A DNA stretch of 64,000 nt, from positions 115,179 to 179,178 of the IMG/VR virus record IMGVR_UViG_3300020048_000017. One strand, written 5' to 3'. Origin of the DNA: a virus. A program made the position numbers and the translations under genes. A model generated the notes under the pieces. The model had not been told where the DNA came from. It saw nothing but the letters and a program-made list of their open reading frames with translations, and searched no databases. This document shows, one piece after another, positions 37,737 through 47,002 of the stretch (positions within the stretch are counted from its first letter, which is position 1; every line of letters starts with the position of its first letter).

Positions 37737-37763
37737 TTACACTAAAAGAGGTCTAAGGCCGAA
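37737..37763 (-). promoter_or_regulatory. Putative late promoter TTC-N18-GTGTAA driving the inverted cassette
   Basis: Motif 10 nt upstream of the ATG at 37726. Confidence 0.65.
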
Positions 37764-37812
37764 AATCCAAAAAAATAATTTGACTTCCTTGAAAAATGTG
37801 AGAAAGTGCGGT

Positions 37813-38487
37813 ATGATTACAGTTTACGGAGGGGCTCTTTACGCTCCAAATGTCGCGGATAGCGAAAAATTAGAAGAGGAATGTCTCAAACTTGACTGGT
37901 TGACAAAAAGAACTGCCAGACACGAATACTTCATGTCCCAAACTCCAACCGAGTATTCTTACGGAAACAAATCTCTCGGGGATGAGTCTTACATTTCCAT
38001 GCCTTTTACTACAGAGGTTAAAAATCTGATGTTCTGGTTGAACCAAGATTTGGGCGCGAATTTTAATGGGTGCTTTTTAAATAAATACGACACTGAAAAA
38101 CAACACCTTGGCTGGCACGCTGATGATTTTGAGGGAATGGACCCTAGCCAACCTATCGCAGTTGTTTCATTAGGAGCTGAGAGAGAAATTTGGCTAAAGA
38201 GAAAATACGAACCTTGCCAAACGTGCGGGGGATCTAAAAAGATTGACGCAGGAATTCTATTTGGGGGAGAATATATTAGCAAAGTAACCTGTCCTCGTTG
38301 CGAAGGTAACGGAGACTCAGAGAACTTTGTCAAAGGATTGTTACCTCAAGAAAATCGAATTCTCTTGGAAAGAGGCTCTCTATTTGTAATGCCTAAAGGT
38401 TTCCAAGATACTTATTTCCACAGAATCCCAAAACACGACAGACCGTGCGGCTGGAGAATTAGTTTAACCTTTAGATCTTTTTTATGA
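37813..38487 (+). CDS. alkB: AlkB-like 2OG-Fe(II) dioxygenase with an inserted DnaJ-type Zn finger
   Basis: FNGCFLNKY...HLGWHADD (HxD), HRIPK...RISLTFR; CQTCGG and CPRCEGNG insert. Confidence 0.88.
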   Translation: MITVYGGALYAPNVADSEKLEEECLKLDWLTKRTARHEYFMSQTPTEYSYGNKSLGDESYISMPFTTEVKNLMFWLNQDLGANFNGCFLNKYDTEKQHLGWHADDFEGMDPSQPIAVVSLGAEREIWLKRKYEPCQTCGGSKKIDAGILFGGEYISKVTCPRCEGNGDSENFVKGLLPQENRILLERGSLFVMPKGFQDTYFHRIPKHDRPCGWRISLTFRSFL

Positions 38488-39056
38488 AATATACAAAAGC
38501 TCAATACGAAGACTTTTTAGAATACGCAAACCAATGCTCTAAGGCTTATAGGTATCGGGAGATTTGCGAGCCCATTTTAAATAACCCTTTGATTTGGAAA
38601 ACTTCGGGGTCAGGAAGTCCCGAGAAACACCACTATGGAGATTATGGTCTAGCGGTCCATACTAAAGAAGTTATTGGATTAAGCTTGCTCGCTGCTAAAA
38701 TTTACCCAGCAGTAGATAAGGGAGAGTTGTTTCTTTCCGCGTTGTTTCATGATGTTGGAAAACAATGGGACTACGAAAGGCGAGAAGACGGTTCTTGGAC
38801 CCATTCCGCGCACGCAAGGAACATTCATCACATTTCTCGAAGCTGTTGGATCTGGAGAGACTGTGCTAAAAATTACGTATCTGAAGAAGTTCGCGATAGG
38901 GTTTCCCATAATATTTTAGCCCATCACGGTTGTCGCCAATGGGGGTCTCCGATTAGCCCTAATACTAAAGAAGCATTTATCTTACACCACTCAGATTCTA
39001 TTTCAGCTAGGGTCGCTGATAACCATAACGGAAAAGATCACATTCCACCTACATGA
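38484..39056 (+). CDS. HD-domain phosphohydrolase (YhaM-like HD domain)
   Basis: HHY...LAVHT, FHDVGK, ILAHHG, ILHHSDSISAR. Confidence 0.85.
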   Translation: MKYTKAQYEDFLEYANQCSKAYRYREICEPILNNPLIWKTSGSGSPEKHHYGDYGLAVHTKEVIGLSLLAAKIYPAVDKGELFLSALFHDVGKQWDYERREDGSWTHSAHARNIHHISRSCWIWRDCAKNYVSEEVRDRVSHNILAHHGCRQWGSPISPNTKEAFILHHSDSISARVADNHNGKDHIPPT

Positions 39057-39084
39057 AAGATAATGTTAAATGTTATAAATATAA

Positions 39085-40200
39085 ATGAAATCAAGAATGA
39101 ATTCAAGAAGAGCTGTAGTTACGGGCGCGAACGGGCAAGATGGAAACCTCATGATAAAATACCTTTTGCAGAATACCAAACTGGAAATTGTTGGGACAGT
39201 CAGGAGAACCAGCCAACCTTTCGAGAATCCATTTAAAGGCGAGTCGAGAGTTAAAATTGCTTACTGCGACCTATTAGATAGCCACTCAGTTACCGAATTG
39301 ATCAAAAACAAAAAGCCGGATTATTTCATTAACTTTGCCGGTCTATCCTTTGTTCCTGATTCGTTCAACGTTCCTGAGCAAACTATTGAGGTAAACTCTA
39401 TTGGGGTTATTCATATCTTAGAGGCTATTCGCCAATTCGCAAAAGACTGTCACTTCTTCAACGCCTCTAGTAGCGAAATCTACGGGAATTCAAAAGAAGA
39501 CATCCAAACAATCGACACAACTTCTAGCCCAAGCTCTATTTATGGAGTTTCTAAAAACGCAGCAAAAGAATTAACCAAAGTTTACAGAGATACCTATGGG
39601 CTATATTCTGTGACTGGAGTTTTGTTTAATCACGAAAGCCCCTTTCGGACTAAAAATTATGTTTCCAGAAAAATCACAAGCGAAGTCGCTAGAATAAAAA
39701 AGGAAGTAGATAGGGGATCGAAAATCTCATACATGGAGATTGGTAATGTCAATGCTCAAAAAGACTGGAGTCATTCTAAGGATTTTATGGACGGGATTTG
39801 GCGCATGTTGAATCAAAAGAAATTTGCAGCAGAAACTTTTCGAGAAAAATACCATGGCTTCTGCGACATGAGGTTTTCCGACTCTTGGAAACCTTCTGAT
39901 TATATCTTAGCAAGTGGAGAAACTCATTCGGTAAGAGAATTCATTTCCGAGGCTTTTGAAGTCGCCGATTTAGAATTAAACTATTGGACAGGAAGTGATC
40001 TTACAGAGACTCTATCTCTTTACCATATTAGAAGAGCCATTCCCGTCGTTAAAATCAGCCAAAAATTTTACAGACCTTATCAAAACCCTCTTAAAGGAGA
40101 TAGCACCCCTATCAGAGAACAGCTTGGCTGGAAACCTAAAGTTTCCTTTAGCGACCTTGTAAGAGAAATGGTTGAGAATGATATTCGGCTCTTAAATTAA
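39085..40200 (+). CDS. gmd: GDP-mannose 4,6-dehydratase
   Basis: VTGANGQDG, NASSSEIYG, YGVSK, LFNHESP, KDWSH motifs. Confidence 0.92.
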   Translation: MKSRMNSRRAVVTGANGQDGNLMIKYLLQNTKLEIVGTVRRTSQPFENPFKGESRVKIAYCDLLDSHSVTELIKNKKPDYFINFAGLSFVPDSFNVPEQTIEVNSIGVIHILEAIRQFAKDCHFFNASSSEIYGNSKEDIQTIDTTSSPSSIYGVSKNAAKELTKVYRDTYGLYSVTGVLFNHESPFRTKNYVSRKITSEVARIKKEVDRGSKISYMEIGNVNAQKDWSHSKDFMDGIWRMLNQKKFAAETFREKYHGFCDMRFSDSWKPSDYILASGETHSVREFISEAFEVADLELNYWTGSDLTETLSLYHIRRAIPVVKISQKFYRPYQNPLKGDSTPIREQLGWKPKVSFSDLVREMVENDIRLLN

Positions 40201-40211
40201 TAAAAATTCAA

Positions 40212-41315
40212 ATGAAAATCGCACACTTATATAAAAAGAACTCGAAAGGCGCGGCTCAGGAATGGTCCATGCACGTAGATGGAAATACTTTCTGGGCTGA
40301 GTATGGTCTGGTAGGAGGTAAGGTTCAAGCCGACACTCCAACGATCTGTGAGGGTAAAAATATTGGGAAAAAGAACGAAACAGCTCCGGAAGCACAGGCT
40401 CTCGCAGAAGCCGAAAGCAAGGTTAAAAAGCAGAGAGATAAGGGTTATGACGAGACTCTTTCTGACAGAACCTTTACAGCTATGCTCTCTCACGAATTTG
40501 GAAAGCACGGTCACAAACTCCCCGAGGGAGTTTTGGTATCTCCAAAGCTGGATGGGGTAAGATCCATTTTTACTAAAGACGGAGCCTTCTCAAGAAATCA
40601 TAAGGAATTTATTTCCGCAAAATTCATTAATGAGGATCTTAAAAAATTGTTTGAGAAATATCCAGACATGGTTATAGATGGAGAAATTTATAACCACGCT
40701 TTTAAGGATGACTTCAATAAGATCATTTCTCTTGTTAAAAAGTCTGTAAAAATTACGGAAGAAGACTGGAAAGATATCTCCGAACATCTCCAATTACATG
40801 TGTTCGATTTTTATTTCCCCGACTCCCCTAATTCGGGATTCATAGCAAGAAATGCTATTGGGAAGACCTTTTTAAAGGAAGAACTTGGTGATAAATCCCG
40901 CATTAAGATAGTGGCTCAGGAGTATATTAGCAAACTCGCAGTAGATACAAAGCACGAAGAATATCTTCAGCTTGGTTACGAAGGGATTATGTTAAGAGAT
41001 CCGCATTCTCCTTATGAATTTAAAAGATCTTACTATCTTCAAAAATACAAAAACTTTGTTGACGAAGAATTTAAAATCGTAGGTCTCGAAGAGGGTAAGG
41101 GTAATTGGGCTGGAAAGTGCATGGCGATTATCTTTCATAACGAAGAAGGCAAGGAGTTCAAAGCGACCCCAAAAGGGACCGAAGAATATCGTGAAAAACT
41201 TCTGCTTGACAAAGATAAGATCTGTGGTAAAGTGGCGACAGTTAAATATCAAAACAGAACACCAGATAACGCTCCAAGATTTGGAGTAGTAACAGCAGTA
41301 AGAGATTATGAATAA
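40212..41315 (+). CDS. ATP-dependent DNA ligase with an N-terminal WGR-like domain
   Basis: SPKLDGVR (KxDG), IDGEIY, EGIMLR, YEFKRS..LQKYK, OB domain. Confidence 0.92.
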   Translation: MKIAHLYKKNSKGAAQEWSMHVDGNTFWAEYGLVGGKVQADTPTICEGKNIGKKNETAPEAQALAEAESKVKKQRDKGYDETLSDRTFTAMLSHEFGKHGHKLPEGVLVSPKLDGVRSIFTKDGAFSRNHKEFISAKFINEDLKKLFEKYPDMVIDGEIYNHAFKDDFNKIISLVKKSVKITEEDWKDISEHLQLHVFDFYFPDSPNSGFIARNAIGKTFLKEELGDKSRIKIVAQEYISKLAVDTKHEEYLQLGYEGIMLRDPHSPYEFKRSYYLQKYKNFVDEEFKIVGLEEGKGNWAGKCMAIIFHNEEGKEFKATPKGTEEYREKLLLDKDKICGKVATVKYQNRTPDNAPRFGVVTAVRDYE

Positions 41316-41586
41316 AATTAAACAGTTCATCAAAAGTAAAATAGATGCAGTTTCTCTTCGCGGAGAATACGAATGGCTTGTAGCGAGAGCTAAAGAAGAA
41401 GGTCGGGACCCCAAATGGGGAACGTTTGAAGAATTTCTTTACGAACCCCTTCCTAAAGGTTCCGGAGAGCCAAGTGCTGAACAAGTTCAGGAAAAGGCAG
41501 ATCGGATGAAAGCTCATTATGCAGAATCTCCGCTTCCTTGGTATTCGGCAACAACTTACAAGGGGCTTGTCCAAAAGTTTAAATGA
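41308..41586 (+). CDS. Hypothetical protein
   Basis: 92-aa coupled ORF. Confidence 0.6.
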   Translation: MNKIKQFIKSKIDAVSLRGEYEWLVARAKEEGRDPKWGTFEEFLYEPLPKGSGEPSAEQVQEKADRMKAHYAESPLPWYSATTYKGLVQKFK

Positions 41587-41831
41587 TTCAAAAAGTCGAA
41601 TCTAAAGTAGACACTCTTTTAATAGAAAACTTTAAGAAATATAAAAGGGAGAAACTTCTTCGAGAAGCTAAAGTTTATCAAACCAGAAAAAGACTCCGAA
41701 AGATTTATTGCCACACAATATATTTGGTGGGAGCGTTTTTATTTTTCGGAATGATACTTTCGGGAGTTTTCATTTTAGTTGTAGGTGCTTCCAAAGAGGT
41801 AAGAGTAAAAATTACAAATTTAGAAAAATGA
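41583..41831 (+). CDS. Small membrane protein
   Basis: One long hydrophobic segment; ATGA overlaps on both sides. Confidence 0.55.
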   Translation: MIQKVESKVDTLLIENFKKYKREKLLREAKVYQTRKRLRKIYCHTIYLVGAFLFFGMILSGVFILVVGASKEVRVKITNLEK

Positions 41832-43081
41832 GCAAAATTACTGAATCAGTCACTCTTATTTTCGTAGAAGCTGACGCAAATTCAAACAAAGTTTGGAACG
41901 CAGACCTTTACGAAGATGGAAAAGTCTATTGTTCTTGGGGCAGGGTTGGCAACTCTAATCTTCAGAGTAAGACCTTCTCTGGTGGCAAATCGTATCTTAA
42001 CAAAAAAGTCGCGGAGAAAAAGAAAAAGGGCTACGTAGAAGCAAAAACGATTAAAGAGAATACTGTTAAGGTGGTTTCTGACGTTCATAACATCGCCAAG
42101 ACCCAAATTGAAGTCGAATGCGCCCTTGCTCAAAAATTGGTAGACAGGCTAGTGAAAGCTAATATCCATCAGATTACGGCTAACTCCCAAATTACCTTTA
42201 ATCAATCCAGCGGGATTTTACAAACCCCTCTGGGGGTGGTTACCCAAGAAGGCATTTCGGAAGCGAATTTAATTCTTGCTGATATTAATAGAATCGTTGG
42301 TCAGGCGGGGAGCCCCAAGTTCTACAACAGGGTTAATGAATTCCTTCGGATTGTCCCTCAAAACGTGGGAAAAACAGTGAAAAGTTTTATTGATGTAAAC
42401 TTCTCAACTCCCGAGGGCATTAAAAAGCAACTAGATCTTTTGGAGTCTCTGGAAGTTAGTTATCAAACGATGCAAACTCAGACACAACCAAAAACTGGGG
42501 ACACTAAGATTGAAAAAGTTTTCGACGTAGAGGTAAAACTTCTAGAAAACGATCAAGAATTCAAACGACTGAAGGATAGGTTCTACGACTCAAAAAAGTC
42601 GATGCACAATTACAACAACGTCCACGTAGCAAACATCTACGAGGTAGACATTCGCGAAATGACCAAAAATTTCGACAAAGGAAATATAGGAAATCATCGT
42701 GAGTATTACCATGGAACAGGTATTGCTAATTGCCTTAGCATTTTTAAGTCTGGACTTAAAGTATCCCCGCCTTCCACTGCCGCGATTGCGGGCAAGCTTT
42801 TCGGTTCGGGTGCGTATGGCGCAGATTGCTCTAGCAAGAGCCTCGGTTATTCGCTAGGACGTTGGGGACAAGGAGCTTCTAACGATGGAGCTTGGCTGTT
42901 TGTTTGCGACTTTGCGATGGGGAAATCCTATGAGCCTAACACTTATGGAATTCGAGGGGTTCCTGCGGGTTATGACAGTTGCACTGCGTGGGCCAAGAAA
43001 ACAGGACTTCATAACAATGAGTTTATTGTTTACAAAAATCATCAAATTAAAATTAAGTATCTAATTGAGTGTTCGGCATGA
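41828..43081 (+). CDS. Poly(ADP-ribose) polymerase-like ADP-ribosyltransferase with a WGR domain
   Basis: WGRVG; YHGT, GKLFGSGAYGADCSSKSLGY and NEFIVY give the H-Y-E triad; ATG 41828 overlaps the upstream stop. Confidence 0.88.
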   Translation: MSKITESVTLIFVEADANSNKVWNADLYEDGKVYCSWGRVGNSNLQSKTFSGGKSYLNKKVAEKKKKGYVEAKTIKENTVKVVSDVHNIAKTQIEVECALAQKLVDRLVKANIHQITANSQITFNQSSGILQTPLGVVTQEGISEANLILADINRIVGQAGSPKFYNRVNEFLRIVPQNVGKTVKSFIDVNFSTPEGIKKQLDLLESLEVSYQTMQTQTQPKTGDTKIEKVFDVEVKLLENDQEFKRLKDRFYDSKKSMHNYNNVHVANIYEVDIREMTKNFDKGNIGNHREYYHGTGIANCLSIFKSGLKVSPPSTAAIAGKLFGSGAYGADCSSKSLGYSLGRWGQGASNDGAWLFVCDFAMGKSYEPNTYGIRGVPAGYDSCTAWAKKTGLHNNEFIVYKNHQIKIKYLIECSA

Positions 43082-43263
43082 GCAAAGAAGAAAACGAAGA
43101 ATTTTGGTCTGGCTGCTCGGAAGTTCTAGCTAAGCACCTAATGAAAATTGCCGAGGAAGATGGTGATTCAGAGTTTCGAAAAAAGTTTGACAAAGCTTGG
43201 GACGAGATTATAGTGAAGGGCCGAAAGATGAAAACTAGGCAAAAATCCGTAGAGGAAGTATAA
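43078..43263 (+). CDS. Hypothetical protein
   Basis: ATGA-coupled small ORF. Confidence 0.5.
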   Translation: MSKEENEEFWSGCSEVLAKHLMKIAEEDGDSEFRKKFDKAWDEIIVKGRKMKTRQKSVEEV

Positions 43264-43598
43264 TGAAATTCGAACTAGTTGAAATTTTGAAATGGTATGA
43301 CGGGGCTCCAGAACTTTTCCTTTTAGAAGACTGCTTCGGGGGGTTTTATCTGGGATATTACTATGAAACCAATACAGACGTTGCGGTTCCTTATGAATCT
43401 TTTCTGGTTGTAAATGTTGATATCTCTGAATTTGTAGATATAAAATATAAAAACCTTCCTGTTTTAAATTGTTTCGAGAAGTCTTATGATCGATTTTTTT
43501 ATAAAATGACGACCACCTCGAACACGGTATCTTTTAAAGATTTATTCCTTTGTGAGATTACTCCAAATATGTTTCCTCCGATATCTTATACTTTATGA
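43263..43598 (+). CDS. Hypothetical protein
   Basis: 111-aa coupled ORF. Confidence 0.6.
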   Translation: MKFELVEILKWYDGAPELFLLEDCFGGFYLGYYYETNTDVAVPYESFLVVNVDISEFVDIKYKNLPVLNCFEKSYDRFFYKMTTTSNTVSFKDLFLCEITPNMFPPISYTL

Positions 43599-44353
43599 GT
43601 CGAATGTCTCGCTTTATTGAGCAGAGTAGGTGCCCATACTGTATGTCTGCAATTAGCCCTACTAATTATAGTGATTATCACAAAGGCGGAAAATGCACCC
43701 GAAGAACGACATATTATCAACAAATTCCCTTGACAATACAACAAATTATGCTAACATACTTTATGCAACCAACACAACAAACGCTAGAAGATGCCATTAA
43801 AGGTATCACAGAGGTCTTTCTTTCCGAGGAAGAAACATTTTCCATTTATGGAATCACACTCTCTTTGAGGGATTTGATCAACCAAGGGTGGATTCGAATT
43901 GACGGTCTAACAGCCGCAAGAAAACCTATCGACGCTGAAGATGATTCTTCGATGCTAGTGGATAGTCAGGAACTGCCTCATAGCTTGGTCCGCGAAACTT
44001 TTAACAGGCTTTATCAAAATGGAGATCTTGATTGCGCAGTCAATAGCAGAGGTAAGTTTACAACTTATGGAGATCCTTTCAAGGTCTATCCAGTTACGAA
44101 TGTTTCCCCTCCGACCACTCCCTACCCACAAGTAACCTCTCCGTTCGTTACCAAACCTTCCGTTGATGAACTGACCGACAAGATTGTTTCCTATCTTCAG
44201 AATAAGGGTGAAGCAACTCTTAAGCAAATTCAATCCCGCCTTAAAACTAAAGGCATCACCTGTAAGGATATCGGAGACGCTCTTAATAAAGTTTCTGAAG
44301 TTGTCCTTGAGGCAAAAAGCGATCTTTCTAAATTCGTAGCCAAAATTAAGTAA
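43595..44353 (+). CDS. Hypothetical protein with a C-terminal winged-helix-like domain; alternative leaderless start at 43763
   Basis: DELTDKIVSYLQNKGEATLKQIQSRL wHTH pattern; internal promoter at 43730. Confidence 0.6.
   Translation: MSRMSRFIEQSRCPYCMSAISPTNYSDYHKGGKCTRRTTYYQQIPLTIQQIMLTYFMQPTQQTLEDAIKGITEVFLSEEETFSIYGITLSLRDLINQGWIRIDGLTAARKPIDAEDDSSMLVDSQELPHSLVRETFNRLYQNGDLDCAVNSRGKFTTYGDPFKVYPVTNVSPPTTPYPQVTSPFVTKPSVDELTDKIVSYLQNKGEATLKQIQSRLKTKGITCKDIGDALNKVSEVVLEAKSDLSKFVAKIK
43730..43757 (+). promoter_or_regulatory. Early promoter TTGACA-N16-TAACAT
   Basis: In-frame ATG 5 nt after the -10 element. Confidence 0.65.
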
Positions 44354-45093
44354 TGTTTAAAAGAATCGCAAATCTATTCAGGGGTTTTCTAGGTCTGTTT
44401 ATTTCAGGTCTTGAAAGCAAAAATTCCGAAGCTCTTCTTGAGAACGAAAAGGAAAATCTTCGGACCCAGATAGCTCAATACAACCAAGGTTTGGCGGCTC
44501 ACGCGGGCATCTGCGAGAAGCTTAAAAGTCAAGTTGATAAGCAAGAGTCCGAAGTTAAAAATCTAACGGCTAAAGCGGGCGCTCACCTTAAGGCGGGTAA
44601 CCGAAAGCTCGCGGGCGAGTATGCCCTAAGACTTCAGAAGCTCAAAGAAGATCTGGAAGATAACAAGACTCAACTTTCGGAATCAGAAGCTTCTTACGAA
44701 GAGCTAAAGCGTGCTAGAGACCTCGCAGTTACTACAGCAAAGGACAAAATCGAACAACTCGGAAGGGGTATCAACGAAACCAAAATCGCCAAAGCTACCG
44801 CCGAAATGAACGAAATGGCGGCTGGACTGATTAGCAGTATTGGTAGCTCTGGGGACACTCTTAATAGACTGGAAGAATCTATCACAGAAGAAAAAGAGAA
44901 AGCTAAGGGTAGGGCTCGGGTAGCTAAAGACTCTATCAACACGACTGACCTCGTAGCGATGGAGGGTGAACGCAAAGCCCTTGAAGAAATGGCTCTTGCA
45001 GAATTTGCCGCAGAAGCAGGAATTGTTGTTGACAAAGAAGAAAATGATGATAGTGTTCTAAACACTGAAGAAGTTTCTTCGAAACAAATGTAA
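44353..45093 (+). CDS. PspA/IM30 family protein
   Basis: MFKRIANLFRG start, long coiled coil, GDTLNRLEESI..KAKGRA pattern. Confidence 0.82.
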   Translation: MFKRIANLFRGFLGLFISGLESKNSEALLENEKENLRTQIAQYNQGLAAHAGICEKLKSQVDKQESEVKNLTAKAGAHLKAGNRKLAGEYALRLQKLKEDLEDNKTQLSESEASYEELKRARDLAVTTAKDKIEQLGRGINETKIAKATAEMNEMAAGLISSIGSSGDTLNRLEESITEEKEKAKGRARVAKDSINTTDLVAMEGERKALEEMALAEFAAEAGIVVDKEENDDSVLNTEEVSSKQM

Positions 45094-45171
45094 CCAAGTT
45101 ATAAAAGAACACGGGATAACATTAATCGTAGGAGACCTAACGGAACTTTTGTCGTTCGTAAAAAATCTAAG

Positions 45172-45199
45172 TTGACAATCCCAACTTTAGGTGTATATT
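45172..45199 (+). promoter_or_regulatory. Early promoter TTGACA-N16-TATATT
   Basis: tRNA-Ala starts 5 nt after the -10 element. Confidence 0.75.
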
Positions 45200-45204
45200 C
45201 ATAC

Positions 45205-45277
45205 GGGTCTATAGCTTAATTGGTGAAGCGTCGGTTTTGCAAATCGAAGATTGCAAGTTCAAGTCTTGTTAGATCCA
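45205..45277 (+). tRNA. tRNA-Ala(TGC)
   Basis: Full cloverleaf, G3:U70 pair, A73. Confidence 0.9.
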
Positions 45278-45290
45278 GTCAATTTCAAAC

Positions 45291-45362
45291 TGGGATTTAG
45301 TGTAACGGTAGCACAACAGGTTTTGAGCCTGTCAGGTAAGGGTTCGAAACCCTTAGTCCCTA
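45291..45362 (+). tRNA. tRNA-Gln(TTG)
   Basis: Full cloverleaf, loop TT-TTG-AG; 1:72 mismatch. Confidence 0.88.
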
Positions 45363-45420
45363 TAATTTAAAAATCCCTAACCCGTCGTTAGGATAATCCA
45401 AACCAACTCAAGGTATACTC

Positions 45421-46560
45421 ATGGACAATCAGCTTTTTATTCCACAAAAACTTAAAGTGGGCTTTCAACTTCGCAAAGACACATACTCCGGAAAACTTGG
45501 CTATGTGATTTACTGGGACAACAAAGGAAAACTCCGAAAAGAAACCTCTTGGAACTCTTGGTGTCACAAACCAGACGATAAAAAGCCAAGTGAATACGAC
45601 TACGAAGCAAGAAAGTATATTCAAACCAACGAGACTTGGGGAGACGCAGTTGCCCCGATGGAGATTACTAACGAGCCTTTAGAAGGGTTCGTCTTAAATA
45701 AAGACGTAGGTGGTAGCAGACGTTCTTATGGCTGGGACGCAAGAATGGAAAAGGTAAGGGTTTTTGATCCGAGAGGTTTCGAAATTGAGATTTCTATTCC
45801 AAACCTTCTTTATATCCTACAGGAGTGTTCGTCCATCAAAGGGAAAGGTCTTAACGGAGAGTTCGTTTATTCGTGGTCCGGACCAGAATTGGTTCTACTT
45901 CCGGTGGGTTCTGAGGAGCACAAACTTTCGCTTAACTTCTCGGAAATTCAAGGTAAAAAGATTAGTCTTAAGGACCTAAAGGTGGGATATAATTACCTCA
46001 ACAAAAAGGAAGAAACCCTTTGTTATGTAGGTCGCGAAAACTTCGTAAGAATCCCTGACTACTATTTTGTAAAAGTTTCTAAAGAGCATATCTTCTGGAA
46101 CTTCAATACCAAACAGTTTACCAGCAATTCGGACCTAGCTCAGGAACTTGGACTAAACCAAAACTTCGGAGAAGTGACGGACATTTTCAATGAAACTTGG
46201 CACGGTAGTGATGTAGTTAGTTTCGAATTAGGTTCGGTCATCCGCAGGGACGCAGCGAGCAATGCAAGTTATTATTTCACAGGTAGAAATAATTGGCTAG
46301 AGAATGAGGGATTCATGGAAGAAGGTGGCGAGATTTTTTATTACAACTTATATTATGATTCCCTTAAAGAAGGCAAGGTAACTTCCGGTTCCGAATTCAA
46401 AGTCTCGAAACTTAAGAGTTGCGATCAACAAAGAATTGAAGTAAAGAATGGTTTCGACCCCTTCCACAAAGGAGTTCTGAAACTATCAAATGGCCAGACT
46501 ATCGAAATGCCCCTTGCGTTCAACAAAAGAGACGAAATTAACAAAATAAATAAAGTATAA
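45421..46560 (+). CDS. Phage hypothetical protein
   Basis: 379-aa ORF, no recognisable catalytic motif. Confidence 0.75.
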   Translation: MDNQLFIPQKLKVGFQLRKDTYSGKLGYVIYWDNKGKLRKETSWNSWCHKPDDKKPSEYDYEARKYIQTNETWGDAVAPMEITNEPLEGFVLNKDVGGSRRSYGWDARMEKVRVFDPRGFEIEISIPNLLYILQECSSIKGKGLNGEFVYSWSGPELVLLPVGSEEHKLSLNFSEIQGKKISLKDLKVGYNYLNKKEETLCYVGRENFVRIPDYYFVKVSKEHIFWNFNTKQFTSNSDLAQELGLNQNFGEVTDIFNETWHGSDVVSFELGSVIRRDAASNASYYFTGRNNWLENEGFMEEGGEIFYYNLYYDSLKEGKVTSGSEFKVSKLKSCDQQRIEVKNGFDPFHKGVLKLSNGQTIEMPLAFNKRDEINKINKV

Positions 46561-46561
46561 T

Positions 46562-47002
46562 ATGGAAGAGCAGGATCAACTCATTAAAAATCTGATGGAA
46601 AAAGCCTCAAAGAAAGAGGCGGAAATTGGGAAAATTCAAAATTACTCAAACCAAACGAATCTCTCTTTTCCCCTAGAGCGAGGAACCGCGAAAGGCTCTG
46701 TTAACCTAAATGTCGTAAATAACGCAGAGACATTGGTAGAACTTACAGCGATACTACTAAAGGAATCAGAAGCTTGTTCTGAAGCGGCTAAACTTTTAGG
46801 GGTCTCTTATGATTTTTCATGGGGAGGTTTTGAAAAACGGGAGTGGCTAGACGACATTCGGAATAGGATTGACACGATCAACCTTCGTAAGAAAAAAGCT
46901 GAACTTAAGGAAATCAAGGACGTTCTTAATAGCCTTCTCAGCCCAGAAGCGAAGAAGATGAAACAACTTGAAGAGATAGCAAAGCGTTTGGATGACAACT
47001 AA
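46562..47002 (+). CDS. Coiled-coil hypothetical protein
   Basis: 146-aa coupled ORF. Confidence 0.7.
   Translation: MEEQDQLIKNLMEKASKKEAEIGKIQNYSNQTNLSFPLERGTAKGSVNLNVVNNAETLVELTAILLKESEACSEAAKLLGVSYDFSWGGFEKREWLDDIRNRIDTINLRKKKAELKEIKDVLNSLLSPEAKKMKQLEEIAKRLDDN

Noticed and set aside
37780-37817. TTGACT/TTGAAA...TATGAT as the alkB promoter
   Set aside because: The -10 candidate overlaps the likely ATG and the spacing does not fit the N16 pattern; left uncalled.
39074-39081. T4-type late promoter TATAAATA upstream of gmd
   Set aside because: It is a single occurrence in AT-rich DNA; the structural genes use a different motif.
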